From Heterodontus francisci (lineage: Eukaryota), in contig NC_090418.1 in assembly GCF_036365525.1 (NCBI RefSeq), positions 6,798,304-6,862,303 of the forward strand: a DNA stretch of 64,000 bases, given 5' to 3'. A model generated the notes under the pieces. That model saw nothing but the letters and a program-made list of their open reading frames with translations. It was not told the DNA's origin and ran no database searches. Shown in pieces: positions 11,791 through 24,300 of this stretch (the first letter of the stretch is position 1; every line of letters begins with the position of its first letter). The position numbers were made by a program, and so were the translations under genes.

Positions 11791-14249
11791 TAACTTTATT
11801 GGCCCAGATTTTGCAGTCAGAATTGAAGCAAGGGTGCCTCCCAATGACCTCATAGAAATCTCCTCACAAAGACCGAGCTATCTCTGTGGCGTGGGTTTTC
11901 CCATTCCGGATGCAGAATAAACCTGCCACTAAAACAAGGGAATCTCCAGGCATGCAGCAGCAGTGATGTCAGCAAGCAGGGGAAGTAAACAGTCAGTTGG
12001 AATTAATCACACAGACAGCAAACCAGGAATTTAAAATTATTTCAAATCCTTCACTGGGAATTCAGACTTTCAGATATCAGCTTATTATTATTATTTTTAT
12101 CATTACTCTGTCGTGGGATGTGGGTTTCAGTGGCAGGACCAGCATTTATTGCCCATCCCTAATTCCCTTGAAATCTGAGTGGCTTGCTGGGCCATTTCGG
12201 TTGAGAGTCAACAACATCACAGTGGGTCTGGAGTCACAAGTCGGCCAGACCAGATAGGCACAGCAAATTTTCTCCTCTGGAGGGCATGAGTGAAACATAT
12301 GCTTTTTTACAACAATCAATGATAGTTTCATGGCAACATTACTGAAACGAGCTTTCAATTCTAGCTTTTATCTGAATTAATTATTCGAATTTTTATTCCA
12401 CCAGCTGCTGTGGTGGGATTTGGACCTCTTTCACCAGGGCACTATCCTGGGCCCCTACAATATTATCTCAGTGACATTATCACCAAGCCATTGTCATGAA
12501 TTGGATGGCATAGAGGCTAAAGCAAAGACAAGAAAGCTGTTTTAAAATCGAAAAAACATTTCTTTTTTTTAGATAATCTTTGGAATTTTTATCAACATGG
12601 AGAAAGTTGAAATTCCACAAAAATAAAAAGAGCTTTTCAGGGCCAGAGATGTGTTTAGCAATGATCATGAAGTTAATTCGCAGTAAAAACCCAGTTACAC
12701 CTCAGTTAACAGGGTGTAGCTTTTCCAAAGGTTTTTACAGTGGAACTAACAGAGTACGTGTTAGAGGTTCTCATCAAATCCATTGATGATATGATTGCAG
12801 TCTGTGGGGGGAGATGCCTCAACAGCGCATTCCTCTGAAGGAGCGGAGAATTACTGACAGCTACTTATGCATTATGTGTTAGTGTCAGCCTGGATTATGT
12901 TCAGGCTTCTGCAAATGGGATTTGAACCCACAACCTCCAACAGAGATGAACATGCTACCAACTGAACAGCTGGGACAGTCAGGGGTCTCAAAGAGAGATT
13001 GTCTTGCAGCCACTTCAGGGGGTAATAAGAATCAGCCAGGCAGAGTGGAACTGGAGAGACATATCGGCCAGGACAGGTAGACCTGTAGGATTCCCTTTCC
13101 CTGGAGGACATGACCAAACCGGCTGGTTTTCTGTGATCATGTGGCAGTTTCCATGGTTTCTGGTCCCAGCTCACAAATGACCTGATTTGTCAAATTAAAC
13201 TGCAGGATTGATATGGAGTCTTGAACTTGCGACCTCGGAGCATCTATTCCGACCCCAGAGCAACTGCATGACTGTATCTCATTAAAGTGATACACTGATG
13301 GTGTAGCATTCCTGTTCCTTCCACCCTTTTCCCTCCAGGAATTGAATCTTCCAGGTTATGGGATCCTGTTGTTCATGTATGCCTCATCCTTGTGTGCCAG
13401 GCCTCACATCGACTGTTAGAATATACAGCCCGACTGCTGGACTTTCACACACATAACTCCCAGCATAATCGGTTAACAGCAAGTGGTGTAGGTAATATCG
13501 AGAACGCTAAATTATTGTGATTTAATTATTAGACAGCAGAATGCAATATACCAGGTGCCATTTAATCACCAAGGAGGACATCACGCTCTTCGATAAGTGA
13601 TTTGATTTGAGAGTTACACCGATAGTTCTCACAATTTTCAGTTGGGCCATTTCTGTATTTTTTTACATGACCAGAAACCCGGTCCAACCATCAACGTGGC
13701 ACCTTCGATATGAGCACCTATGGAAAGCAAATGGGTCAAGCAATGAGCTGCCGAGTGAAACGGGTCAGCTTATCTGATAAACTGTTCTTGCCAAGAGTCT
13801 GAGCCTTGGATTAAACAAATAAACACTGATTGTGGGAACTGGAGATAAGACCTGAGAGTAGAGTGTTGGCCAGAGTTTAAAGCTCATGAGTTCACAGCAT
13901 AGGAGGAGGCCAATTTACTCATTGTGCCTTTGCAAGACCGCTCCAGATATAATCCCACGGCCCCGCACCCTCCCCATAGCCATGTATCCTCCTCGGTTTC
14001 ATTTATTTATCCCTTATGCCTTTAAAAATTGAGGTAAATATTAAAGGTAAATATTAAATCTCTTCACCTTTTCTGTTTCCATGGATATGACTGCAATTTC
14101 TTAAACCTCTTTGTGTCATGATTTATTTCTCCTGATTACAGGATCTATGCCTAATATTCAAACTTAATTCTCACATAAATGTGCAATCAGATAGTGAAAT
14201 CGGTCTATTTTCACTGAGAGCAATTGAAATATTTTCAACAAACACAACG

Positions 14250-14640
14250 TGAATTTATTTCGCGTCTTTAACGTAATAAAACATCCCTACACTCTTCAAA
14301 GGAGCTTCACAAGGCAAAATTTGAGACTGAGCCTTGCAAGGAGAAATTAAGACAGGTAACAAAAAGCTTGATGGAAGAGGTAGTTTGTTTAGGAGCGTCG
14401 AGAAGGAGTGAGAGGCGGAGAGGTTGAGGGAGGGCATTCCAGAGCTTAGGGCCCAACAGCTGAAGGCACGGCCGCCAATGGTGGAGCGATTAAAATGGGG
14501 AATGCGCAAGAGGGCAGAATTGGAGGCGTGCGGAGATCTGGAAGGGTTGTACGGGCCTGAGGCGGTTACAGAGATAGGGAAGGTTCAAGGCCATGGATGG
14601 AGTTGAACACCAGGATGGCAGTTTTAAAATTAAGGCTCTG
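14250..14640 (-). mobile_element. L2-type LINE 3' remnant (duplicate ~61912-62302)
   Basis: Translates as IPHFNRSTIGGRAFSC, typical of an L2 ORF2 C-terminus. Confidence 0.7.
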
Positions 14641-14864
14641 CTTAATTGCAAACCTAAAACCTAGCAAGAGAATGTAAAGTGTCTCCTCCAAACTCACTCC
14701 CCAACCAGCTCCAGCAGAACAGGATAACACAAGCCACATTTCCAGGGGAAATGTCACCCAACCACCCCCCACCTCAGTAAGGCATGCTCCAATATTCTGA
14801 AGAGCAGAACAAGAGCTCTGTTAGACCAGGGATAGAAGGACGAGATCCAATGGCTGGATTAATA

Positions 14865-15060
14865 GTTTAAGCCTGGGCTCAGTGGCCGCACACATTAGTC
14901 AGACAGTAGTGAGTTGCAGTCCTCCTTTGAGCAGAAAATCAAGGCTGACACTGCCAGTGCAGTACTGAGGAAGTGCTACACTTTTAGCCATCTTTTGGAT
15001 GAGCAATTAAACCCAGACTCCTTCTGCCCTCTTGGAGGGGCGGTATAACATCTCAGGCTT
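14865..15060 (+). mobile_element. DeuSINE-like fragment (duplicate ~62527-62722)
   Basis: aaggctgacactgccagtgcagtactgaggaagtgctacac...ttttggatgag. Confidence 0.6.
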
Positions 15061-15157
15061 GTTTATGTGCTGTGTTTTACTGGGGTAACTTTATTGGCCA
15101 AGTATTCAGCAAGGGCGCTCACCAATGATCTGGTAGAAAGCTGCCCACAAATATCTT

Positions 15158-15660
15158 GGGCTGAATTTTACCAGCCTCACCACACCGCAGGCCACGGCAC
15201 GGGGGCTGGTAAAATTCTGTGGGGAGAGGCCCGTGTTGCCGGCCCCCTGCCGCCTGGCAGCAGGCTCTTCATCTACATATTTAAATTAACATTAATAATA
15301 TGTCAATGTACTCACCTTCAGGCGGCGTCCGTATGGAGTTCCGAGGCGAGAACCTGGTGGGGAGGGAGGAGGAGTAAAATGTTCAGATGGGAGGGGTGAG
15401 GAACCGGGGAAAACAATTTTGATTGGTTGTGTGAATAAGAACAAAGAACAAAGAACAGTCTTTTCGTCTGAGGAACAAGTTGTCGGGGACCCGGCAGTCG
15501 CCCCCTTCTACATCATCGGGGGTGGCCACTCCGCCAGCTCTATTTAAATGAACCCCCACGTGCAATATAGTGGGGTTCCTCAGCGGCATTTCCGTGTCGG
15601 ACAGCCGCCGAGTTGAAAGTGTGCCGCCGCAGAGCGCAGTGCATGATTAAAATTCAGCCC
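15158..15660. mobile_element. Non-autonomous TIR element (MITE-like; duplicate 62820-63322)
   Basis: 13-bp TIRs GGGCTGAATTTTA...TAAAATTCAGCCC; absent from the paralogous site near 11870. Confidence 0.75.
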
Positions 15661-17079
15661 CGAGTGATCTCTGTGGTGTTGGTTTGCCCATTCCGGATGC
15701 AGATTACACCTTGCATGAAAGCAAGGGGATCTCCCGGCGTGCAGTCATGGCAGCAAGCAGGATAAGCTCCCAGTCGTGTGGAATTTTTTACACAGGCTGT
15801 TCACAAAGAGTTTAAAAGTATCTCAAATCTCTCACCGGTAAAGTTACACTTTCTGATAGCAATTTTGTGTTATTTTGTACATGGATGTGGGTATCACTGG
15901 CAAGTCCAGCATTTATTGCCCATCCCTAATTGCCCTTGAAAACTGAGTGGCTGGCTTGATCATTTCATTGAGAGCAAACCACATTGCTGTGTGTCTGGAG
16001 TCACATGTAGGCCAGACCAGGCCAGCACAGCAAATATCCTTCTCGAAAGGACATTGGTGAACCACATGGGGTTTTACAACAATTGATGATAGTTTGATGG
16101 CACCATTACTGAAAATAACTTTCAATTCCAGCTTTTTAAATTAAATAATTGAAATTAAATTCCACCAGCTGCTGTGATGGGATTTGGACATCTTTCTCCA
16201 GGGCATTAGCCTGGGCCTCTGGATTAATAGTTCAGTAATATTACCACTACGTCATCGTCACGGATTGGTTGGCAGTAGAGGAAAAGACAAACAAACTTAA
16301 AAAAAAGTAAAAAATCTCTTTTATGGAATTGTTTGGATTTTTTTATCATCATAGAGAAAGTTGAAATTCTGCAAAATAAAACTGGCTTTCCAGGACCAGA
16401 GAGGGGTACAAAAGTGATCATGAAGTTAATTCGCAGTTAAAAACCCAGTTACACTGATTTAACTTTTCTGAGGGCGTTTACGACAAGCCTAACAGTGTAT
16501 GAGTTAGAAGTTTTCATGAATTCCATTGATTTCCATGATTGCAGTCTGGGGGGAGATGCCTCAATAACACATCCTCTGAAGTAGCTTAGAATTACTGACA
16601 GCAACGTCTGGAATCAGCATATGAGCAGAATCACGCAAAAATGCACAAGTTGCTGTCAGTTTCAGATGAGTAATGACGGTGAACGTGTACAGTTTCACCG
16701 TCATTACCACCTCACAATCTACGCCATTTCACCCAGCGGTGGCAATTGGGGTCCTACAATTGACCTCAAACAGTAAACAGGCACACAGGGAGAGGATGGA
16801 CATCGTTTTGGGCAGTGACCCAAATCACCAACGCTTCAAAGCTCCCCTTCCATCATGGACATGTATCGGCCTTACCTTCATTGCCAGTGGCTCAGAACCC
16901 TGGAATATGCCACATAATAATATTGTGGGTGTACCTTTACCAGTGGTTCAATGCAAAGGCAGCCCACCACAACCTTCTCAAGAGTAACTTGGGATGGGCA
17001 AGATATCCCAGCCTTGCCGGCGATGACCATGTCTTGAGTATATATATACATATATATAAAATATGGAGAAATGAAGCAT

Positions 17080-19390
17080 GAGTAATAAAGCCAGGTGGTA
17101 AGGTGTGTGGGTGGTTCCCACTGTTCACCTCCTAACTGACCACATCAAAGTTTTTGTTACTAGGATCTTAACCGCTTGTGTAATATTTGTCAAATAAATA
17201 GAGAGCGACAGTTTGTCTTGTTGGTTTAAAACAGATGATTAACTATTTATTGAGAAATATTCATTCCCCAAATGGTCGCAACTGCACCCACACATGTATG
17301 TTCTGATCTTCCCCTTTCTCTCCAGGCAGCAACTTTTTAAGGTCAAAACTCTCTCACGTGTTGTCTCTGTTGGGAGATGCAGAGTCCCTCCCTTTGGTCA
17401 GTTGGGAGGTGAACAGGATGTGGCGACTTCCCACCTTCTCTGGAACCTTTTCAACTCAAAAATGCCTCTTGATGGGTTCTGTTTGGTGTGATTGACATCT
17501 CTTAACTTGAAATGTATCCTTTTGTCATTAACAGACAGTAAGACAGTTTGAATATAAAGTATCAATGGGGATTTTGCAGCACATTGTCCAATTATCTGGA
17601 AAGGAAAAGTCAATTTTTATAACTTTCAGTTTGGGTTCTGTTTTTCAATCACTTCAATTCACTTCAGCATGACACCTTCCTCCAAAGGGACAAAAATGAA
17701 ATTCCTTGGATTTCATTTTTATGTTCTTTGTTTTTTCTTTGTTTAGAAAGAAAGCAAGTAAGAAGGTATAGGTGTCTCATCAATGCACACATAACATATT
17801 TATTGATTCTCAAACTGTTTTGCTGGGTTCGATTCACTTTGGATTTAGAACCTGACACGCTGGTTCTTAAGTGGGGGCATCCACAGTGACATCACTTTTA
17901 GTTTAATTATGGCTTTCACAAGTGAGTAAAACCACAGATTGAGGGAAAAACCATCATCAAAGGAAAGGGGTATGTAAAATGCCCTATGGTTTTCTTTTCA
18001 AAAGAAAAGAAAACCATAGGGCATTTTACATACCCCTTTCCTTTGATGATGGTTTTTCCCTCAATCTGCCCCATGTTCTCTGCGACAATACAGCTCACAG
18101 GTGGTGGTCCACCTTCTGCTGCACTCCTCTGTGGTACTTCAACTAATGAGGCATCTCCCACACTCTTGGCTTCCCTGTTTGTGAACTGCCCTTGTCCCTA
18201 TTTAAATATTTTAAGAAGGATTCTGCTAAGCATACCTTTGGTGTATTCCTTTCAACTTTTGTGCTTATACCTCAACTCCTTTAAATTCCTCTAGCTCGAT
18301 CTTGGCCTACTGATTCCACCTTGGCCTCCTGAAATCCTACAGTCTTTGCTTTAACCTCTTTACTATTTACTGGCCCTATCGTCCCCTTCTGGGATTTTGG
18401 GGTCTTCCTCAGCCCTCTGTAGCTGTTCAGAGATTTGTTTGTTCCCCACAGTTTCGCCAGTCTCCATGATCTGCTCTGGACCAATCTGGATAAAATACTG
18501 TACTACCTGCCAAGTCATTGTTCAGAAATAGTTCGACCCCCTGTATTGTTAAGCTCAGAATGACCCCGACCGTCTCTACCCCAGTGACCAACGTACTCTG
18601 CAGGTAAACTTTAACTCAGGGAACCTTCAAGTCAGCAACCTATTTTTATCAATACTGTGGTATTTGCTCTAACTTTCAGGTGGCATTCTGTAAACTTTGC
18701 TGGGAGTAGTGTTTGAAAACAACCAGTATTCATAAGGATGGTTATCTCTTTGCCTGATGCCTGGGATAAAAATAGAGTAATTCTTCTTTTTTATAAATTT
18801 TTTAAGTTTGTGTTTTGTCCCTGGGTTAGAATGGGGCACATGCACACTACATTCACAGCTACGACACTAGCTTGACTGCAGTGCCCTCTTGGTTTTATTG
18901 AAATACCAACAATCTGCCTTAACATGCCGGTATTGTCCGCACTAGAAGCACATTGTGCATGCCCCTACTGGTTTAACATCTGGGTTCCTCCTTTTAATAG
19001 TTGGAGACAGATGTAGTTTTCTTTTCTTACTCTTCTTTTCTCTGCAGCCCGTTTCTCCTTCATTTGCAGAATACAGGAAAACCTGTTGATTAACTTTGCA
19101 ACAATTGCAGAGGTCATTGTACCTCCCGTTTTCAAATCCCTCACTTTTCTGATGGATCAGATCGTGTTTTTGAGCATTTGTTATGATCAGGTGTTAAGGA
19201 GTGAATCTTTTTACCACTGTTCACCTCCCAACTGAACACAGCAAATGTTGTTGTTAATAGAGTTGTAACCCATTGTGTTTTATTTATCAAATGAACAGAC
19301 ATCTACAGGTTGTCCATTCTGTTTAAAACAGAAGATGAACTCTTCATTGAGTGACCGTCATACCCGAAATGTGTTGCGATTGTGCTATCA
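17080..19390 (-). mobile_element. Decayed Gypsy (Gmr1-like) LTR retrotransposon remnant
   Basis: Diverged direct repeats ~17080-17290 and ~19180-19390 (ccactgttcacctcc.aactga); minus-strand IQGVELFLNNDLAGS at ~18500-18546 resembles the GVDxLLGNDLAG motif of such elements. Confidence 0.55.
17935..18068. repeat. Perfect inverted repeat, 65-bp arms, 4-nt loop
   Basis: 17935-17999 is the exact reverse complement of 18004-18068. Confidence 0.95.
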
Positions 19391-19919
19391 CCTTTATCAG
19401 AGTACAAGTAACTATTGGCCTCAGCCTCCGAAATACTGTTGGAAGACTATTGTACTCAGGAGACAAGTGAATGGCTTCTCTTATTTGAGAAAGGTGCAGG
19501 GATGAAGTCTTGCATCATGCAGTAAAGGCTCAGAGACTGTGGAACGACCAGAGGGATACCAGGAGATGTACATAGGTACTCAGGAAGATAGGAACATCGG
19601 AGCAGGAATAGGCCACTCAGCCCATTGTGTCTGCCCCACCATTCAATATGATCATGGCTGATCCTTCACATGTTTGCTGCTAAAGCGAAGAGGGTGAAAA
19701 AAATTCTGGTTCCCATTCCCACCACTTAAAGGATCAAGTGTGCAGCGATTTTCTTTTTCGTGATGTGAACACCAGACTGAGGATATATGGAGCTACAGTT
19801 CAATCAGGTTTTTTATCTGAAAAGAGAGTTCTGTAGCTCCCTCAAGTGGGCCATTTAATAAATGCATTCAACAGCAAATGGACATTCTGGATTGGTTCCT
19901 GGTCAGTCTGGTAAATTAC

Positions 19920-20200
19920 AGTTGATGCCCAACCACATAAAGAGATGTTGGGAAGAGGGGACCAAAAGCTTAGTTAAAATGGCTGCTTTTAAAGAGCGTT
20001 GGAAAGGTGGAGACGGAAATAGAGAGGCTAAGGGAGGAAATTCCAGACAGCTGAAGACCCGATTGCTCATGGTGGAGAAATTCAAATTCGGGATTAATTA
20101 GGAATTGAAGCAGGAGACTAGAATTGGAGGAGTAAAGAAATCTTGGAGGGTTGTGGAGCTGGAGGAGGCTACAGAGATAGGGAGGGGTGAGACAGCTGAG
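19920..20200 (-). mobile_element. L2-type LINE 3' remnant
   Basis: Same family (accaaaagcttag...gggaggaaattccaga...; PPYLCSLLQLHNPP). Confidence 0.6.
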
Positions 20201-20869
20201 GGCAATCGAAACCAGGGATGCACGACTATCCATCGAACTTCCCAGTGGAGGGAGCATAATGCACACCCAGCAACACGTCTCTGTGGCCAACACAAGGAAA
20301 CACCCAGTTCTCCACACTGTGTGCCCAGTGTGTCTGGGCTCTGTCGGTTTACCCCCAGCACAGAGCACAGCCCATGGCTTGTGATCCATTTATTTTGGTG
20401 GGAGGCATGTGATTTTCCAGGCTTGCACATCTGGTGGGCAAGAAGGCAACGCTGATTGAAAAACTTGGCTCTTTGGTTTAAACGTGATGTGAATCAAAAC
20501 CAGTTCACTGGTCCCGAGACAGCTGTGAAACATCTGACCAATGAAGCGAATGGTCTGAAATGATCTGGTCTGAACCAAGCTTACTGGGAAAAACATTCAC
20601 TGCAAAGTGACAGCTGGGTGAGATTGCTCCCCGTTTGACCCTTTCACCTTTCACATTAAAGAAACAAAATGGGGAACTCGGTGCCTCTGAAATAGATTTT
20701 GAAGGTTTTGTCCCTGCGTTTCACGTTGTCAATGTCTGATCCTATTTGATATTGCTTTATGGCTCGCAACAGTATTCAAGAATGATGACAGTAAAAGAGG
20801 AATACGGATGTGGTGCACACCAAACGGATTCTAAAAATCATGGACACGTCTCTTATGATGCAGGATTTT

Positions 20870-20875
20870 TTTATT
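20870..20875 (-). terminator. Candidate polyadenylation signal AATAAA (alternatives: ATTAAA ~21052, AATAAA ~20389)
   Basis: Plus-strand tttatt ~500 nt downstream of the stop codon; the candidates cannot be ranked from sequence alone. Confidence 0.4.
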
Positions 20876-21367
20876 CAGCTCGCAAGGTGCAATTACAGGA
20901 ATGATTCCAAAATGTTTCCCTTGAACAGTCAGAGAATGTCACTCCAGGATTACTCCAAATTCTATTAGATGTGTTTGAATGAATGCAGCTCTGATGGTGT
21001 CTCAGCTAATTACAGTTGGAAGAGATCATCCCAGTTTTTATCTACATATATTTTAATTAATGCACTAATCATAAAGGACAAATCTCCATATAAAGAATGT
21101 TACTTGACGGATAACAATTGCGCTCCAAGGATCTCCAGTCAGAGAACCAGGAAGAAGACCTTTCTCATGAGTGCTGGCATCATTTGTGGTTGTTGTGACC
21201 TTCACCACCAAACAGGCTGGTCCACAGTGGTGAGTTGTGGTGTTCCTGGAGCATCTGTTGTCCTCGGTGCGACGGATCCAACAGTGAAGGAATGTCCCTT
21301 TTTAAGCAGCTACTGATTTCATGCGAAGCAAATTATGAGCAGAAGCAGCAAATACGTCTGAAAGGGA

Positions 21368-21387
21368 TCAAATCCAGGGATAGTATC
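21368..21387 (-). CDS. Terminal coding exon GYYPWI*
   Basis: tttctttcctgattttcag|GATACTATCCCTGGATTTGA; strong acceptor, phase-1 reading repeats GYYP. Confidence 0.85.
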
Positions 21388-24300
21388 CTGAAAATCAGGA
21401 AAGAAATATGAATTCACTTTCTTGTTAGACATCAACTTATGCAACTGAGAAACAAGGATGCAGGTGGATCTGAGACAAATGAAGTGCATTGTAAAAAAAC
21501 GTGAAGTAGGAAAATAACAAAACAGAATTCTAATCTAAACTGAAAGTTCACAACAGGGTGGAGGGTCTAATCGACTTTGGGATGCACATATATCATCCAG
21601 TGATGGATAGAGATCAAAGGACAGATCCAGAGATCTGAGGGTACAGATACACAGGTCCAGTATTCTTCTGTGTCGCAAATCCTGCCATGATTCTTTCAGG
21701 GACGCAGGCAAAGTCCTTCCACATCTCAGAACAGCCAGTGATGGTCTTTTTCTGAGTGATAGTCAAAGCATTTGACAGGGTGCATAGAGAGAAACTATTT
21801 CCTCTGGCTGGGGAGAAGTTCAAAACAAGGAGGAATAACCTTACTATTAGATCCAGACTGTTCAGGGATGGCATTAGGAAGCATTTCTTCACACAAAGGG
21901 TCGCAGAAATCTGGAAACCCGTAAAATGCTGCTGAGGCTTGTGGTTAATTTAAAATTTCAAAACTGATATGGATAGTTTTTTTTTGTGAGGCTAGGGTAT
22001 TAAAGGATCTGTGATGGGTAGATGTTAGCATTCACCCCATGATCTAATTGAATGGTGTAGCAGGCTCAAGGGGCTGAATGACCGCCTGCTGTTCCTGTAT
22101 TTCTATGTCAATATTGCCATGCACTAATATGATCTTGTGTCATATTTACTAACAAGAAGTCGGAAGCTGAAAACTTTTCCAGAAAATCAGATCCCTTTGG
22201 TGGAGATGGGAATCAATAAATCCACTTGCCACCTGGGACTAATACAGATGTAGATCAGATAGCCATTAGTGAAAATTCCCTGTCATTCACATTTCCAATA
22301 CAATCAGTTCAGTAACTGAAACATTCAGTCTTGTACGGATTAGGGATTGGTGTCAATCTTTCCAACATTAAATGGACATTATTTTTAATACTCATTTCAT
22401 TTAAGCTTTTTAATCTTTGCATCCTCTCATATAAATATCTAACCTCTTGCACCAAAAGCAGGAACTGAGATAGTTATTTATCTCTGTTTACACAAATTAT
22501 GGATTAGTTGAAATCTTTACAAATTAAATTAATTTTACCATTCAGACCTGGTTTATTTCAATGCATTATACATTTTCTAGCTTAATCTTTGTTACTAAAT
22601 CATTCATGAACAGTTAAGTTATGAGCTGTGTGACATTCCCCAGTTTGCTATTTACAGCAGCTGTTGAATAGTTAATTGGGGAGTACAGTCCAATCCTGTA
22701 GACCACGGATGCATCACTTTTTAATCCATATGGTTCAGTATCAATTTGGAAAATTTCACATTGTGGTCTGGCCAATGATCACATCTCAGGGCAGGTCAGA
22801 GCTCTGAGCTGCTCAGAAAGTCCTTATTCCAGTTGGTATTTTTGTTTAGGCTATTCCTGAATGTGTCCTGTCCAGCAGGTAGCTGCAGGCTCTTGACCCA
22901 GGTCACAGAATCAAGCAGTTTTATTCTTTGCAAACATCAGACCACATGCAGAATCTCAGTGGTGGTTTTGTTTGGGGACTGTGTCTAGTTTCTCCTCATG
23001 TTACCCCCTGACATTTTTCCCAATTATCTTAAATCTGTGTCCTCTGCTTTCCGATTCTCCTGCCAGCTAAAACAGTTTCTCCTTCCTTGCCAATTAGAAA
23101 TCATTTTAATTCAGAACATCTCGATTAAATCCCCACTTAACATTCTTTCCCCCAAGGAGAACAATCCCAGCTTCTCCAGTCTCTCTCCATCATTGAAGTC
23201 CTTGTTGCTGTCGAAGGATGTTTGGTCAGAAATCTGCTTCTGCTGCAATGATGAACCTGCTCTGTGTTCCCTGGAACATTTTGTCCCTTCATCGCATTGC
23301 CGGTAATTCCAGGGATTTTCCACTGTCCCACAATGTAAGTGCAAATGAAACACTCCCAGTGTAATCACTATCTCAGGGGGAGAGTGGGGAAATTCAGATT
23401 TCCTGGGCAGGAGCTGGAATCAGCCACTGCAGATTTTCAAATAGGACGCCAAATGTCTTGTCGGTGCCAAGGTTTGAGGTTAGGAATTTCGTGCTGTGAA
23501 ATGGTGGGAGACGGTCAGATGAATGCATTCTGTCACTAATATCAACCTGAGGAAGATTGCACCTTTACCAGTTTTGGAACACATAAAAAGCAGCCAATGA
23601 GCAGTGGGATGGTGCATTGAAGGGATTTGGTTTTGGGTATTGTGAACAGTTTCACTCAGAGTGTCTGCAATATTTTTTCCTTGAATTAAAACACGCAAAA
23701 CATCTGCAATAAACTTTCGGAATCAAAGTATTTACCGTGGCTTTTAGTGCTTCTTTTTTCCTTTGGGGAAGAAACAAATTTGAGTTAACATTGCTGAAAA
23801 TCAAGTGGAGATTTACATTTTCAACACATTCAGTTCAGTAACTGAAACATTCAGTATTGCTCCAATTGACGATTGGTGATGGACTTTCCAGCATTAAATG
23901 GACATTATTATTCATATTCATTTCATTTAAGCTTATTCATCTCTGCACACAATCATATAAATATCTTACCTCTTGCACCAAAAGCAGGGTGTGAGATAAT
24001 TATTCATCTCTGGATTCACAATGTAGGTATTGCTTTAAATATTGACAAACTAATTAATTTTAACTTTCAGAAACAATCCATTTCAGCGTATAAGTTTTGC
24101 CTGAATCTTTGTGGACAGTTATGAGTTGTGTGACAATCCCCTGTCCACTATACAGTTATTTGCAAAAACAAAGTTCACTCCTGTATGACAAGGATGCAGC
24201 ACCTTTTAAATACATTTTTTTTCAAATATCAGCTTGAATAAATCTAGATAGCAGTCTGGCCAATGATCACGTCTCAGTGCAAGAAAGAGACCTGAGGTTC

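Larger units (their letters stand above)
1..16338 (+). repeat. Large direct duplication, left copy (matches 47260-64000)
   Basis: ORF track and sequence recur at offsets 47259, 47207, 47299, 47298, 47302 and 47662, with only scattered substitutions. Confidence 0.97.
10009..16600 (+). repeat. Older, diverged tandem duplication: ~10009-12860 versus ~12880-16600
   Basis: Collinear blocks (gtgtcagcctggattatg; gataagtgatttgatttgagagttacaccg; ggggagatgcctcaa); the second copy carries extra inserts. Confidence 0.9.

Noticed and set aside
22150-22173. Possible extra 24-nt exon (VFSFRLLV) in the last intron
   Set aside because: Purine-rich acceptor (ggaaaag), weak donor context (TTA|gt), no array-type branch-point motif and no similarity to the other exons.
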